A DNA stretch of 64,000 bases from an uncultured bacterium (lineage in GTDB: Bacteria; Verrucomicrobiota; Kiritimatiellia; PWTM01). Location of the stretch: positions 3,955 through 67,954 of the forward strand of contig CAACVY010000002.1 in assembly GCA_900661335.1 (NCBI GenBank). The letters run 5' to 3'. The notes under the pieces are model-generated. The model saw nothing but the letters and a program-made list of their open reading frames with translations, did not search any database and was not told where the DNA came from. The stretch's first letter is position 1; each line of letters starts with the position of its first letter. The position numbers were made by a program, and so were the translations under genes. Of this stretch, positions 29,336 to 37,614 are shown in pieces.

Positions 29336-30748
29336 ATGACGCAGAAACTCACGGTCGGGCTTTTGGTAGGTAACCGTGGATTTTTCCCGGCTTGGCTTTG
29401 TCGCGAGGGCCGCCAAGAAGTGATCGGGGTCCTTCAACGCCTTGGGTGGGAGGTGGTGACGCTCACGCCGGAGGACACTCGGTACGGTTCCGTAGAAACC
29501 TCGGCGGACGCGGCGAAATGTGCGGAGTTGTTCCGGCAGAATGCATCCCGCTTGGATGGCGTGGTGGTCACGCTGCCCAATTTCGGGGATGAGCGCGCCG
29601 TGGCGGATGCGCTGCGGTGGTCGGGGCTCGAAGTGCCGGTGTTGATTCACGCGTTCCCGGATGATCCGGCCCACATGGATGTTCGACACCGGCGGGACAG
29701 CTTCTGCGGCAAGCTTTCGGTGTGCAACAACCTCCATCAGTACGGGATTCGCTTCAGCCTCACGCGCTCGCACACGGTGTCGCCTGCGTCGGAGGAATTC
29801 GAGCAAGAACTGCGTTGGTTCGGCGCGGTGTGTCGCACGGTGCGTGGGTTGCGGGGTGCTCGGATCGGCGCGGTGGGGGCTCGGCCGATGGCGTTCAAGA
29901 CCGTGCGTTACAGCGAGAAGCTTCTCGAGCGAGCGGGCATTTCGGTCGAAACGCTGGACCTGTCCGAGGTCCTCGGCCGGTGTGAACGATTGTCCGACCG
30001 CGACCGGGCGGTGCGCGCGCAGCTCACAGAGCTACGCGCACGCTTTGGCGCGCGGGGCATTCCCGCCGCATCGTTAGCGAAGATGGCTAAACTGGCCGTG
30101 GTGTTGGGACGCTGGGTCGAGGCGGAGCGGCTATCGGCGACTGCCATCCAGTGCTGGACGGCGATCGAGGAATACTTCGGCGTGGTCCCGTGCGCGGTGA
30201 TGAGCCTGATGAGCGAGGCACTGCGGCCGAGCGCGTGCGAGGTGGACGTCCTCGGCGCGGTTGCGATGCGCGCGTTGGCGTTGGCATCTGAGCAACCCGC
30301 AGCGTTGCTGGACTGGAACAACAACTACGGCGACGACCCGGACCGATGTGTGATGTTCCACTGCTCCAATCTGCCGCCCTCGATGCTCGATCAACCTGCG
30401 ATGGGTTGCCAAGACATCATCGCTGGGACGGTGGGGAAGGAGAACGCCTACGGAACTGTGGTAGGCCGGATCCGGCCGGGGCCGTTCACGTTCGCGCGGA
30501 TCTCGACTGATGACACTGCGGGCGTGGTGCGTGCCTACACGGGGGAAGGAGTGTTCGAGCCCGCCACACTACAGACGTTCGGCGGCTATGGCGTGGCCTA
30601 CATCCCAGGGCTCTCGAAGTTGCTGAGAGAGATTTGCCTGGGAGGCTTCGAACACCATGTCGCGGTGACCCGTGGGCAAGTTTCGCGAGCAATTGCAGAG
30701 GCATTCGATACCTACTTCGGCTGGCCCACGCTGCACCATCACGGTTAA
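29336..30748 (+). CDS. L-fucose/L-arabinose isomerase-family protein (substrate unknown)
   Basis: About 470 aa. Its N-terminus MTQKLTVGLLVGNRGFFPAWL and overall layout resemble the FucI-like isomerase family as I recall it from PVC genomes. Confidence 0.55.
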   Translation: MTQKLTVGLLVGNRGFFPAWLCREGRQEVIGVLQRLGWEVVTLTPEDTRYGSVETSADAAKCAELFRQNASRLDGVVVTLPNFGDERAVADALRWSGLEVPVLIHAFPDDPAHMDVRHRRDSFCGKLSVCNNLHQYGIRFSLTRSHTVSPASEEFEQELRWFGAVCRTVRGLRGARIGAVGARPMAFKTVRYSEKLLERAGISVETLDLSEVLGRCERLSDRDRAVRAQLTELRARFGARGIPAASLAKMAKLAVVLGRWVEAERLSATAIQCWTAIEEYFGVVPCAVMSLMSEALRPSACEVDVLGAVAMRALALASEQPAALLDWNNNYGDDPDRCVMFHCSNLPPSMLDQPAMGCQDIIAGTVGKENAYGTVVGRIRPGPFTFARISTDDTAGVVRAYTGEGVFEPATLQTFGGYGVAYIPGLSKLLREICLGGFEHHVAVTRGQVSRAIAEAFDTYFGWPTLHHHG

Positions 30749-31074
30749 CGACGCGAATGAATTCCTAGCGCGCCCAACGATGGATTTCCTCGGGGGCTCG
30801 GCTGCCCAGAAAGAGCCGTGTGGCGGCTCCTCAGATTCCGCAAAGGATCCCTGGGTACGACGTCCGAGGCCGGGGCATGGGGTTGTGGCCAGCCTTCGGA
30901 AGAACCTTAGCGCGATTCGGCGTGACCAGTGAGGCGTTTGGGTGGGCGGTTGCACGCAACCCCGCCCCTCGAGAACGCCCATGGCTCTAGCAGGGAATTG
31001 CAGGGCCTTTGCGTAGGGGGACCCAGTCGGCTGAGCTCCGCCCGCGCGGCCAGCTCCCAGCGGGTGTGGGCGGC

Positions 31075-31623
31075 TCAAGCGCTGGCGGGGGGCGGTTCGG
31101 AAGGTGGCGGCGTTGTGGTGGAGGATGCGGCAGACGCGGGCGGTGGTGTTTGACGGCGGCGAATGACCACGCGTTTGAATCCATCCACCGCAGGCTCCAA
31201 CGAAACAGTCTCCAGATCAGGGTCATTGGCCAGGGCGCGGTGCACGGCACGCCGGTCCATCGGACTCAACGGCGGGAACGTGAACGGACGGCCAGTGCTG
31301 CGCACACGCTCGGCAATGTCGCGCGCTTCGCGCGCCATGACCAGTTGGCGTTGCTCGCGGTATCCCGCGGCGTCCACGATGCAAAACCATTCGGCGCTGA
31401 TCCGACGCCGGACGATCCGGTTCATGACGTACTGAAGAGCCTCCAACACCTGACCTTCGCGTCCGATCAGCGCAGCTACTTCGGGTGCCCGAATGGTCAA
31501 ATACGCTCCGGTTTCGCCGTGCGGACGGGCATCCACTTGGACGTCGAAATCCATGTGCCGGAGCAGTTCGAGCAAGAGGGTGCGGCTTTGTTCCACGCGG
31601 TTGGCCACATCGTTCTCGTTCAT
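31075..31623 (-). CDS. jag: Jag/KhpB-type RNA-binding protein (KH + R3H)
   Basis: KH GxxG (LIGREGQVLEAL) and R3H (MDRRAVHRAL). Immediately downstream of yidC. Confidence 0.75.
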   Translation of the reverse strand: MNENDVANRVEQSRTLLLELLRHMDFDVQVDARPHGETGAYLTIRAPEVAALIGREGQVLEALQYVMNRIVRRRISAEWFCIVDAAGYREQRQLVMAREARDIAERVRSTGRPFTFPPLSPMDRRAVHRALANDPDLETVSLEPAVDGFKRVVIRRRQTPPPASAASSTTTPPPSEPPPASA

Positions 31624-31625
31624 TT

Positions 31626-33335
31626 CTAGGCCCTCCCGAGGACCTGCGCTGCTCGGCGTTGGCGAAGCAGCTGCATGATCATCATCGCTTGGCTAGCGGT
31701 CCAGTACAGCGTCAAACCTGATGGGAAGTTGTAGATGAAAAAGATGAACAGGAACGGTATGATTGTGAACATCTTTTGTTGTGCCGGATCCCCGCTCGAA
31801 GGCGTCAAGGCGCTTTGCCACGCCTGGAGTACCGTCATCACGATGGGTAGGGGGTTCAACGAGAACCCGAACGGCAGGCGCCCTTGAAGCAAGTTTTCCG
31901 GTTCGCTCAAGTCACGGATCCACAAGAACGGCGCAAAGCGCAGCTCGATGGCGGAACGCAACACGACGAACAGCGCAAACAGAACGGGTAGCTGGACGAG
32001 GATGGGGAGGCATCCGCTCAGCGGGTTGACCTTGTGGGCCCGGTAGAGCTCGAGGACTTCTTTCTGCGCCCGCTGCGGTTGATCTTTGTAGCGCCGCTGA
32101 ATTTCTTGGACCTGCGGTTGCAACGCTTGCATGCGCTTCATGCTTTCTGTGCTGCGGTGCGTGAGAGGCCAGAACAGGATGCGGATGAGTACCGTAAGCA
32201 CGAGGATCGCGACCCCGTAGTTCGGAACGACTTGATAGGACGCATTCAGCGTGGCTAGCAAAAGCTTCGCAATTCCACTGAGCCGCCCGAACTCCAGCAC
32301 ATCTGCGCGCTTGGCATCCAGCTGGCGCAGAATGTCGTACTTTTTGGGGCCGACGAACAGCTCGTACTCGGCGGTCCAAACCTCGCTCGAGTCCAGGTTC
32401 CGGCTTGACCGTGACATGACCGCCGCGACCGATTCGAGTCGCACCCGCCGCCCGGATTCACCCGCGGCCCGGCGCAGCCGCGCCGACACGCGTTCGAAAC
32501 GGTCGTCCAGCGGTTTGAGTATCTGCGCAAAGTACTTGTTCTTGACTGCCACCCACTCGGCCGGACGGCTTTCCGAGAGCAGTGGGGCGACGACGATTTG
32601 CGGCGGCGGACCACCGGCCACGTCGAAATAGCGGGCCAGCTTCGAGCCCCAGTACGTCACGCGTTCGCCCGGCGAGAGCGTGTCGATGCCCAGATATTCG
32701 AATCCTCCACTGCGGCTTTCGTTCGGCAGGTACCCCATCGGGCCCAGGCGGATCTTAGGAGCGGCCACGGCGACGGTCGCGGTGGACGTATTCACGAATC
32801 GATCTCGCACTCGCACGACATACGAGGTGCCGAGCTCCACGGTACGGATCAACGCCAAGCCCAGTGTGTTGGTGCGAGCGAGCACCAGTCGCTGCGCCGA
32901 CTGCTCGAGAATCGCGAAGCCAAAGGACTCCCCCAAACCTTGGAGGCCTTCGTAATTGAGCGTCGGAAAGTTTGAAAAGTCGAAGCGGACAGGCCCCGAA
33001 TCGGGATCGAGGGTCATCCGGTAGTCGTCGAGGACCGCCTCTGTCAACGCCGCGCCCCGGTTGCTGAACGTCAACCGGACATATTGGTTACTTAGCGTGA
33101 CGGTGACCGGGGGTTCGGACGAGGATGGCTCATCCGTGCTCGGGCGAAGGACGTCGTTGGCAGGTGAAGGGGTCGGCTGCGCCGCCTGCGAGGGCGCCGT
33201 GGCCGGCGCTTCTTCTGCCGGCACGGCCGGCGTCGATGACCTAAAGCGCGGTGCGATCAAATGCCGATCGATCGCTGGCCACGCTAAGATCAGAACCAAC
33301 AACAACACAAAGAACGGTAGATCGCGTTTATCCAT
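31626..33335 (-). CDS. yidC: Membrane protein insertase YidC
   Basis: Large periplasmic domain followed by the YidC/Oxa1 core ([13 protein letters not shown]...[24 protein letters not shown]...[20 protein letters not shown]). Start placed at ATG 33335 (MDKRDLPFF). Confidence 0.88.
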   Translation of the reverse strand: MDKRDLPFFVLLLVLILAWPAIDRHLIAPRFRSSTPAVPAEEAPATAPSQAAQPTPSPANDVLRPSTDEPSSSEPPVTVTLSNQYVRLTFSNRGAALTEAVLDDYRMTLDPDSGPVRFDFSNFPTLNYEGLQGLGESFGFAILEQSAQRLVLARTNTLGLALIRTVELGTSYVVRVRDRFVNTSTATVAVAAPKIRLGPMGYLPNESRSGGFEYLGIDTLSPGERVTYWGSKLARYFDVAGGPPPQIVVAPLLSESRPAEWVAVKNKYFAQILKPLDDRFERVSARLRRAAGESGRRVRLESVAAVMSRSSRNLDSSEVWTAEYELFVGPKKYDILRQLDAKRADVLEFGRLSGIAKLLLATLNASYQVVPNYGVAILVLTVLIRILFWPLTHRSTESMKRMQALQPQVQEIQRRYKDQPQRAQKEVLELYRAHKVNPLSGCLPILVQLPVLFALFVVLRSAIELRFAPFLWIRDLSEPENLLQGRLPFGFSLNPLPIVMTVLQAWQSALTPSSGDPAQQKMFTIIPFLFIFFIYNFPSGLTLYWTASQAMMIMQLLRQRRAAQVLGRA

Positions 33336-33579
33336 GTCGCTCCAGGTGTTCGGCGGCCGCTTCAATGCTCGGTACGGGGTCATACCCGTACCCGCCCCAC
33401 GGATGGCATCGTAACAACCGGCGTATCGCTAGCCACAGCCCCCGCCACGAGCCATGCACGCGAATGGCTTCGACGGCATAGTTCGAGCACGAGGGGTGAT
33501 AACGGCAACAAGGACCGAGCCAGGGCGAAAGAATCCATTGGTACAGCCGAATGAGTCCGATCAAAATCCCACGGATCAT
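33328..33579 (-). CDS. yidD: Membrane protein insertion efficiency factor YidD
   Basis: [38 protein letters not shown] at 33579 overlaps the rnpA stop (ATGA). Confidence 0.85.
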   Translation of the reverse strand: MIRGILIGLIRLYQWILSPWLGPCCRYHPSCSNYAVEAIRVHGSWRGLWLAIRRLLRCHPWGGYGYDPVPSIEAAAEHLERHG

Positions 33580-33971
33580 GATGTAGACGCCTCCGGACGG
33601 GACCTCCAAAGTTGTGCCCGCCGCGCTAGAACCTCGAAATCTGCACGCAGCTCGTCCCACGTGGCCGATAGCGAGCTGGCGCGAGCCACCAAAACGACGT
33701 CCACGGACCCGCTCAGGTGAGCTCGCTCGCGCCGAAAGAGCTCCCGCAGCCGGCGTCGGGCACGGTTCCGCTGGACCGCACCGCCCACGGAACGTCCTGC
33801 CACCACTCCTAACCGCAAGCAAGAATCGGGCGCTTCTCGGAGGAAAAGGATCATGTGCCGCCCCGAAAACTTTCGGTTTTGAGCGTACGCCTCTTTGAAG
33901 TCGGCGGTTTGTCGCAGCCGCAGCGACCGCGGTAACCCTTCGTTCCGCCGCGGCTGACCAGGCTGAGCCAC
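33576..33971 (-). CDS. rnpA: RNase P protein component
   Basis: [17 protein letters not shown]...[25 protein letters not shown]. No in-frame ATG follows rpmH, so the start is placed at GTG 33971. Confidence 0.7.
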   Translation of the reverse strand: MAQPGQPRRNEGLPRSLRLRQTADFKEAYAQNRKFSGRHMILFLREAPDSCLRLGVVAGRSVGGAVQRNRARRRLRELFRRERAHLSGSVDVVLVARASSLSATWDELRADFEVLARRAQLWRSRPEASTS

Positions 33972-34006
33972 CCGAATGTTGGCATGCGGATCTTGACTCG
34001 GCTCGC

Positions 34007-34141
34007 TCAAATTGCCAACCGTTTGCGTCCCTCGCGTCGCCGTCGGGCCAAGACCTTTCGTCCGCCGCGAGTCGCCATCCGTTTCAAAAAGCCATGCTTT
34101 CGTTGGCGTTTCTTTCGATGAGGTTGATAAGTTCTCTTCAT
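34007..34141 (-). CDS. rpmH: 50S ribosomal protein L34 (absent from the ORF track, below its length cutoff)
   Basis: Hand translation of the minus strand gives [49 protein letters not shown] lies upstream of the ATG. Confidence 0.9.
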   Translation of the reverse strand: MKRTYQPHRKKRQRKHGFLKRMATRGGRKVLARRRREGRKRLAI

Positions 34142-34186
34142 TGCCGTTTTCTCCAAAGGTTTTCGCCTCGAAGCCGCGAAACCACA

Positions 34187-34215
34187 AGTTTATGATCCAC
34201 ACGCACAACCGTCAA
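34187..34215 (-). promoter_or_regulatory. Candidate sigma70-type promoter TTGACG-N17-TAAACT for rpmH operon
   Basis: On the minus strand: TTGACG (34215-34210), 17-nt spacer, TAAACT (34192-34187). About 45 nt upstream of the rpmH ATG. Confidence 0.35.
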
Positions 34216-34508
34216 ATTTGCCCGACTGGTCGGACTAAGAATCGCCGGAACGAGAAGACCACGACCTTTTCATTCGGCCGGTGTATTGGCCATCCCGCGG
34301 CACGCCCGCGACGGGCAATTCACGCAACGGACGGGCCCAGGTCAAGATGCCATTCGAGATAAGCCAGGACGCGGGGCGCTTGCGGGCCTTTGAAGTGGGC
34401 ACCGCAGTGTGCGTTGAAGCTGATTCCGACAGGCCGGAGTGCAGAGTCCGTTTCGGTCCGCCTCTTGGCGGCGGCGTGCGCTACAGGACCGTCTCCCCTG
34501 AACGCATG

Positions 34509-34553
34509 TCCAATCCTTGGACGATCCAGGCCGACACTGTTCCAAGCGTTGGA
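34509..34553. repeat. Two 32-bp-phased TCCAA-N3-TTGGA units (locus 2)
   Basis: GTCCAATCCTTGGAC (core 34509-34521) and TTCCAAGCGTTGGAC (core 34541-34553). Intergenic. Confidence 0.75.
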
Positions 34554-34609
34554 CGAGACTCACCGCCCGTTGCCGGGGCACCTCCGCTTTAGATTGGAGA
34601 GGGCGCGCT

Positions 34610-35608
34610 TCAGAGTCGCGGAGCCGGTGAAAGCTCGGCATTGCCGTTATTTGAAGGAGACGCTTGAGTTGGCCAAGGTTTGCGGTCACAGGCCCGTTGA
34701 CCCCAGGGCCGAGGAGTGAACAAATCTTCTGGGCGCAAACCCAGTTCTTGAATGGCCTCCAGGGCGTAGTTCAGGTCGCCGATTTCGGCCCCCGGGTTGT
34801 TGGTGCCGAAGGAAAACTTGAGCCCCGCCGCCTTGGCCGCACGAAGCATGGGCCATCGTGGGAGGCGCGTGCGGGCGTTGATTTCCATAGCCACTCCGTG
34901 GCGAGCCATCGCGTCGACAACTCGTTGAATGCGCGAAGGAGTCCAAAGTTGGTCGTAGTGGTCCATCAGCGCGGCGGGTAGGTAGGATGGGTTGGCCAGG
35001 ATGTCAATGGGCTCTTTTTCGATAATCTCGACGGTTCGCTCGACAAGGGTGTCCATGAATTCCTCGGGATCTTCCACGTGCACTTCGGCGGGGATCCATA
35101 GCCGCATGCACCGACCACGGCGGTCCGTCCAGGTCATCGCGTCGGTGAAAATGTAGTCGAAGCGAGCGGCGGTCTCGGGCCGGATGAGACGGACCCACTC
35201 GCGGCCCTCGGCCTGAATTGCGCAGTAGACCGGGTAGGGACGGACCATCTGGAGCCACTCGAGAACGGCGTGATCGTTGGTTGTTGGAAAGCCCAAGCCG
35301 ACGTTGATGGCGATCCCGTAGCGGACGCCGGTTCGTTCGGACTCCGCCACGGCCTGCTCGACGGTCAATCCGCCTTTGAGGTGCACGTGCAAGTTCATGA
35401 TGGGATAGCCCGCACGGACGAACTCCCGCACGCGGGACCAACCCTCGCTCCTCGGCTCGGGTACGTTAGTTTGATGGCCCATGGTTTGGGTTTGGGCCAG
35501 CGAGAAGATTGGAGCGGTTATGATCAGCGCAGTCACCAGCCACCGCACAAACTCGGTTGGAACGCGGCGGAGGGTTTGGTCTTCGAACTTAGATCTGTTC
35601 CGGCTCAT
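34610..35608 (-). CDS. Membrane-anchored/secreted PHP- or amidohydrolase-like TIM-barrel hydrolase with partly degenerate metal ligands
   Basis: NLHVHLKGG, FTDAMTW, ILANPSY, AMEINAR, FSFGTNNPG follow PHP motif order, but several His are replaced. N-terminal hydrophobic anchor follows ATG 35608. Confidence 0.45.
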   Translation of the reverse strand: MSRNRSKFEDQTLRRVPTEFVRWLVTALIITAPIFSLAQTQTMGHQTNVPEPRSEGWSRVREFVRAGYPIMNLHVHLKGGLTVEQAVAESERTGVRYGIAINVGLGFPTTNDHAVLEWLQMVRPYPVYCAIQAEGREWVRLIRPETAARFDYIFTDAMTWTDRRGRCMRLWIPAEVHVEDPEEFMDTLVERTVEIIEKEPIDILANPSYLPAALMDHYDQLWTPSRIQRVVDAMARHGVAMEINARTRLPRWPMLRAAKAAGLKFSFGTNNPGAEIGDLNYALEAIQELGLRPEDLFTPRPWGQRACDRKPWPTQASPSNNGNAELSPAPRL

Positions 35609-35831
35609 GTGGCCATGATCCCCAACTGCCTGCGTCGGCGCAAACTCGTCTGGCCATGGGGTGGCAACGTGGTAGCTGTGCGAGCGCTGGGAGCAGTTTC
35701 GTGTTTCGGCGCGGTGACGCCGGCGGTCGAGTCGCGTCCAGTGGTTTGCCGGGCTGGTCATGTGCGGCCGCTCAATCCTCCGTCGCTCCCGGCACTCGAA
35801 GGTTCTGGGCGATTTTGCTAGATGTGCAAGT

Positions 35832-36926
35832 ATGGAACGACGGAAGGTCGGTCGAGTCGAGTGGATTCAGAGGCTATCGCGGTGGTTTGCGCGTCACGCG
35901 CGTTCTCTGCCCTGGAGGGTGCAGCGAACGCCCTACCGCGTGGTGGTCTCTGAAGTTATGCTGCAGCAAACTCGAGTGGACACCGTCATCCCTTATTTTC
36001 GTCGGTTCATTCGGTGGTTCCCGAACTTCCATGCGCTTGCGAGGGCGTCCGTGGACCAGGTGTTACGGGCATGGGACGGATTAGGCTATTACCAGCGTGC
36101 CCACCGTTTGCGGCGCCTGGCGCAGGTAATCTGCGAGCGTTTTGGAGGGCAATTGCCGTCGAGCTATGCAGAGTTGCGAAAGCTGCCGGGCTTGGGCCCC
36201 TATATGGCGGCTGCGGTTGCGAGTTTGGCGTTTGGCGCGCCGGTCCCGGCGGTGGACGGAAACGTTCGACGCGTTGTCTGTCGCTTGAACGCGAAGAACT
36301 GGAGCGAAGCACGGTGTCGGCGCTGGCTGGCGCGGTGGGTGCCGGCCGAGGACCCCGGCCGCTTCAACGAGGCGCTCATCGAGCTGGGTGCCACGGTTTG
36401 TCGGCGGGTGCGGCCGGCGTGTGGGCGCTGCCCGCTGCGCGGGACTTGCCAGGCGTACGTTCGAGGTGACCCGATGGCGGTTCCGCGCGCACGCCGGCGG
36501 AAACCGAAACCGGTCGTCGTGGTCGGGGCGGCAGTGGTGCGAGACGCCGAAGGCCGGATCTTGGTCACGCGGCGACCTGACCACGCCATGCTTGGGGGCC
36601 TCTGGGAGTTCCCAGGCGGGAAAGTCGAGCCGGGTGAGTCGGTGGAAGAGTGCATTCGACGTGAGCTGAAGGAGGAGGTCGGGCTGGAAGTGGGAGTCGG
36701 GCGCGAGATTGTCGTGGTCCGCCATGAGTACAGCCATTTCCGAATTGTCCTGCACGCCCACGAGTGCTGGCCGGAACGGGGGCAGGCGCGGCCGATCCAC
36801 TGCACGGCCGTCCGATGGGTCACGCCGGAAGAGGCTCGTGAGCTCGTGTTTTCGCGCGCAGATCAGCGGATTTGGGACGCTCTGGGCTTAAGGCTGTGGT
36901 CATCGAAGTCTCACCGCCGAGCGTAA
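35832..36926 (+). CDS. mutY: A/G-specific adenine DNA glycosylase with C-terminal domain carrying a complete Nudix box
   Basis: LPWR...PYRVVVSEVMLQQTRV, HhH LPGLGPYMAAAV, Fe-S cluster CRRVRPACGRCPLRGTC, and C-terminal GGKVEPGESVEECIRRELKEEVGL. Confidence 0.8.
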   Translation: MERRKVGRVEWIQRLSRWFARHARSLPWRVQRTPYRVVVSEVMLQQTRVDTVIPYFRRFIRWFPNFHALARASVDQVLRAWDGLGYYQRAHRLRRLAQVICERFGGQLPSSYAELRKLPGLGPYMAAAVASLAFGAPVPAVDGNVRRVVCRLNAKNWSEARCRRWLARWVPAEDPGRFNEALIELGATVCRRVRPACGRCPLRGTCQAYVRGDPMAVPRARRRKPKPVVVVGAAVVRDAEGRILVTRRPDHAMLGGLWEFPGGKVEPGESVEECIRRELKEEVGLEVGVGREIVVVRHEYSHFRIVLHAHECWPERGQARPIHCTAVRWVTPEEARELVFSRADQRIWDALGLRLWSSKSHRRA

Positions 36927-37075
36927 GGCACCGGACTCACGTCGCGCGTACTGGGTGTGGCCGGATCCCGGTCACGGCCGCCCCGGACACGCGAAACCTT
37001 ACGAAGGCGCTGCTTCGATGTAGGCGGCTTGCTCGGACTCGTTCTGCGGGGGTGCGAGCCTAAGGGTTTGGGTGC

Positions 37076-37366
37076 TCAGTTCGACTGGCCGCCGTGCTCA
37101 CGACGGCTGAGGGGCGGAATCAACTCCACGTCGTGCACGAGGGAGCAATCGGACTTTAGAACGCAATAGGCCCGGCAGTATCGCACCCGGAACTCATGTG
37201 CCACTCGGTCTAAATGCGTTCGATAGAAATCGTTTTTAGCTGCCTCCCAACCCACGTCGTAGCCCGCGCGCTCGCTAAGATACCACTTGTGCTCCTCGAT
37301 GGCTCGACGCAGATGCTCGCGTTGGGCCATCAAGTATGCTCGCAGGTTCTGACAGCTTGCCTTCAT
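37076..37366 (-). CDS. Small Cys-containing hypothetical protein (HKWYLSE motif; DUF4032-like from memory)
   Basis: A 96-aa ORF starting at ATG 37366. EEHKWYLSERAGYDVGWEAAKNDF resembles a domain of unknown function I recall as DUF4032. No functional inference. Confidence 0.35.
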   Translation of the reverse strand: MKASCQNLRAYLMAQREHLRRAIEEHKWYLSERAGYDVGWEAAKNDFYRTHLDRVAHEFRVRYCRAYCVLKSDCSLVHDVELIPPLSRREHGGQSN

Positions 37367-37370
37367 CGTT

Positions 37371-37424
37371 ACCCAAAATAATCTAACACAGTCTTGGCCA
37401 AGGGCCAACGGTCTTGAACTGTGT
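37371..37424 (-). terminator. Intrinsic-terminator-like nested hairpin plus U-run
   Basis: On the minus strand: ACACAGT...ACTGTGT outer stem (37424-37418 / 37392-37386) and TTGGCC-CTT-GGCCAA inner stem, followed by ATTATTTTGGG. Confidence 0.4.
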
Positions 37425-37447
37425 CGGTTACGAGGATTTGAACCTCG
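37424..37447 (-). other. Orphan tRNA T-arm-like element (possible tRNA 3' remnant or tRNA-like RNA end)
   Basis: Minus strand reads CGAGG-TTCAAAT-CCTCG (perfect 5-bp stem plus canonical T-loop), followed by TAACCGA. I could not build a matching 5' acceptor, D arm or anticodon arm upstream. Confidence 0.3.
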
Positions 37448-37614
37448 CCAGTGAGGGGCGGTCACGGAGCCGTGTCCAAGGGCGTGCCGTGTAGATTGCT
37501 TGGGCATTGCGTGCGCGAGTGCTGGGGCGCAGATCCTGACGAGGGTCACCCACGGGTCGCTCTGTGCTACGGCCTGGGGGTCTTAAGGGGAGCTGGGCAT
37601 CATCAGCGTGCGTC

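Noticed and set aside
34193-34201. TGATCCACA as a DnaA box, implying oriC next to rpmH
   Set aside because: It is a single 8/9 match that falls in the spacer of the putative rpmH promoter. There is no cluster of boxes, AT-rich unwinding element or dnaA gene nearby.
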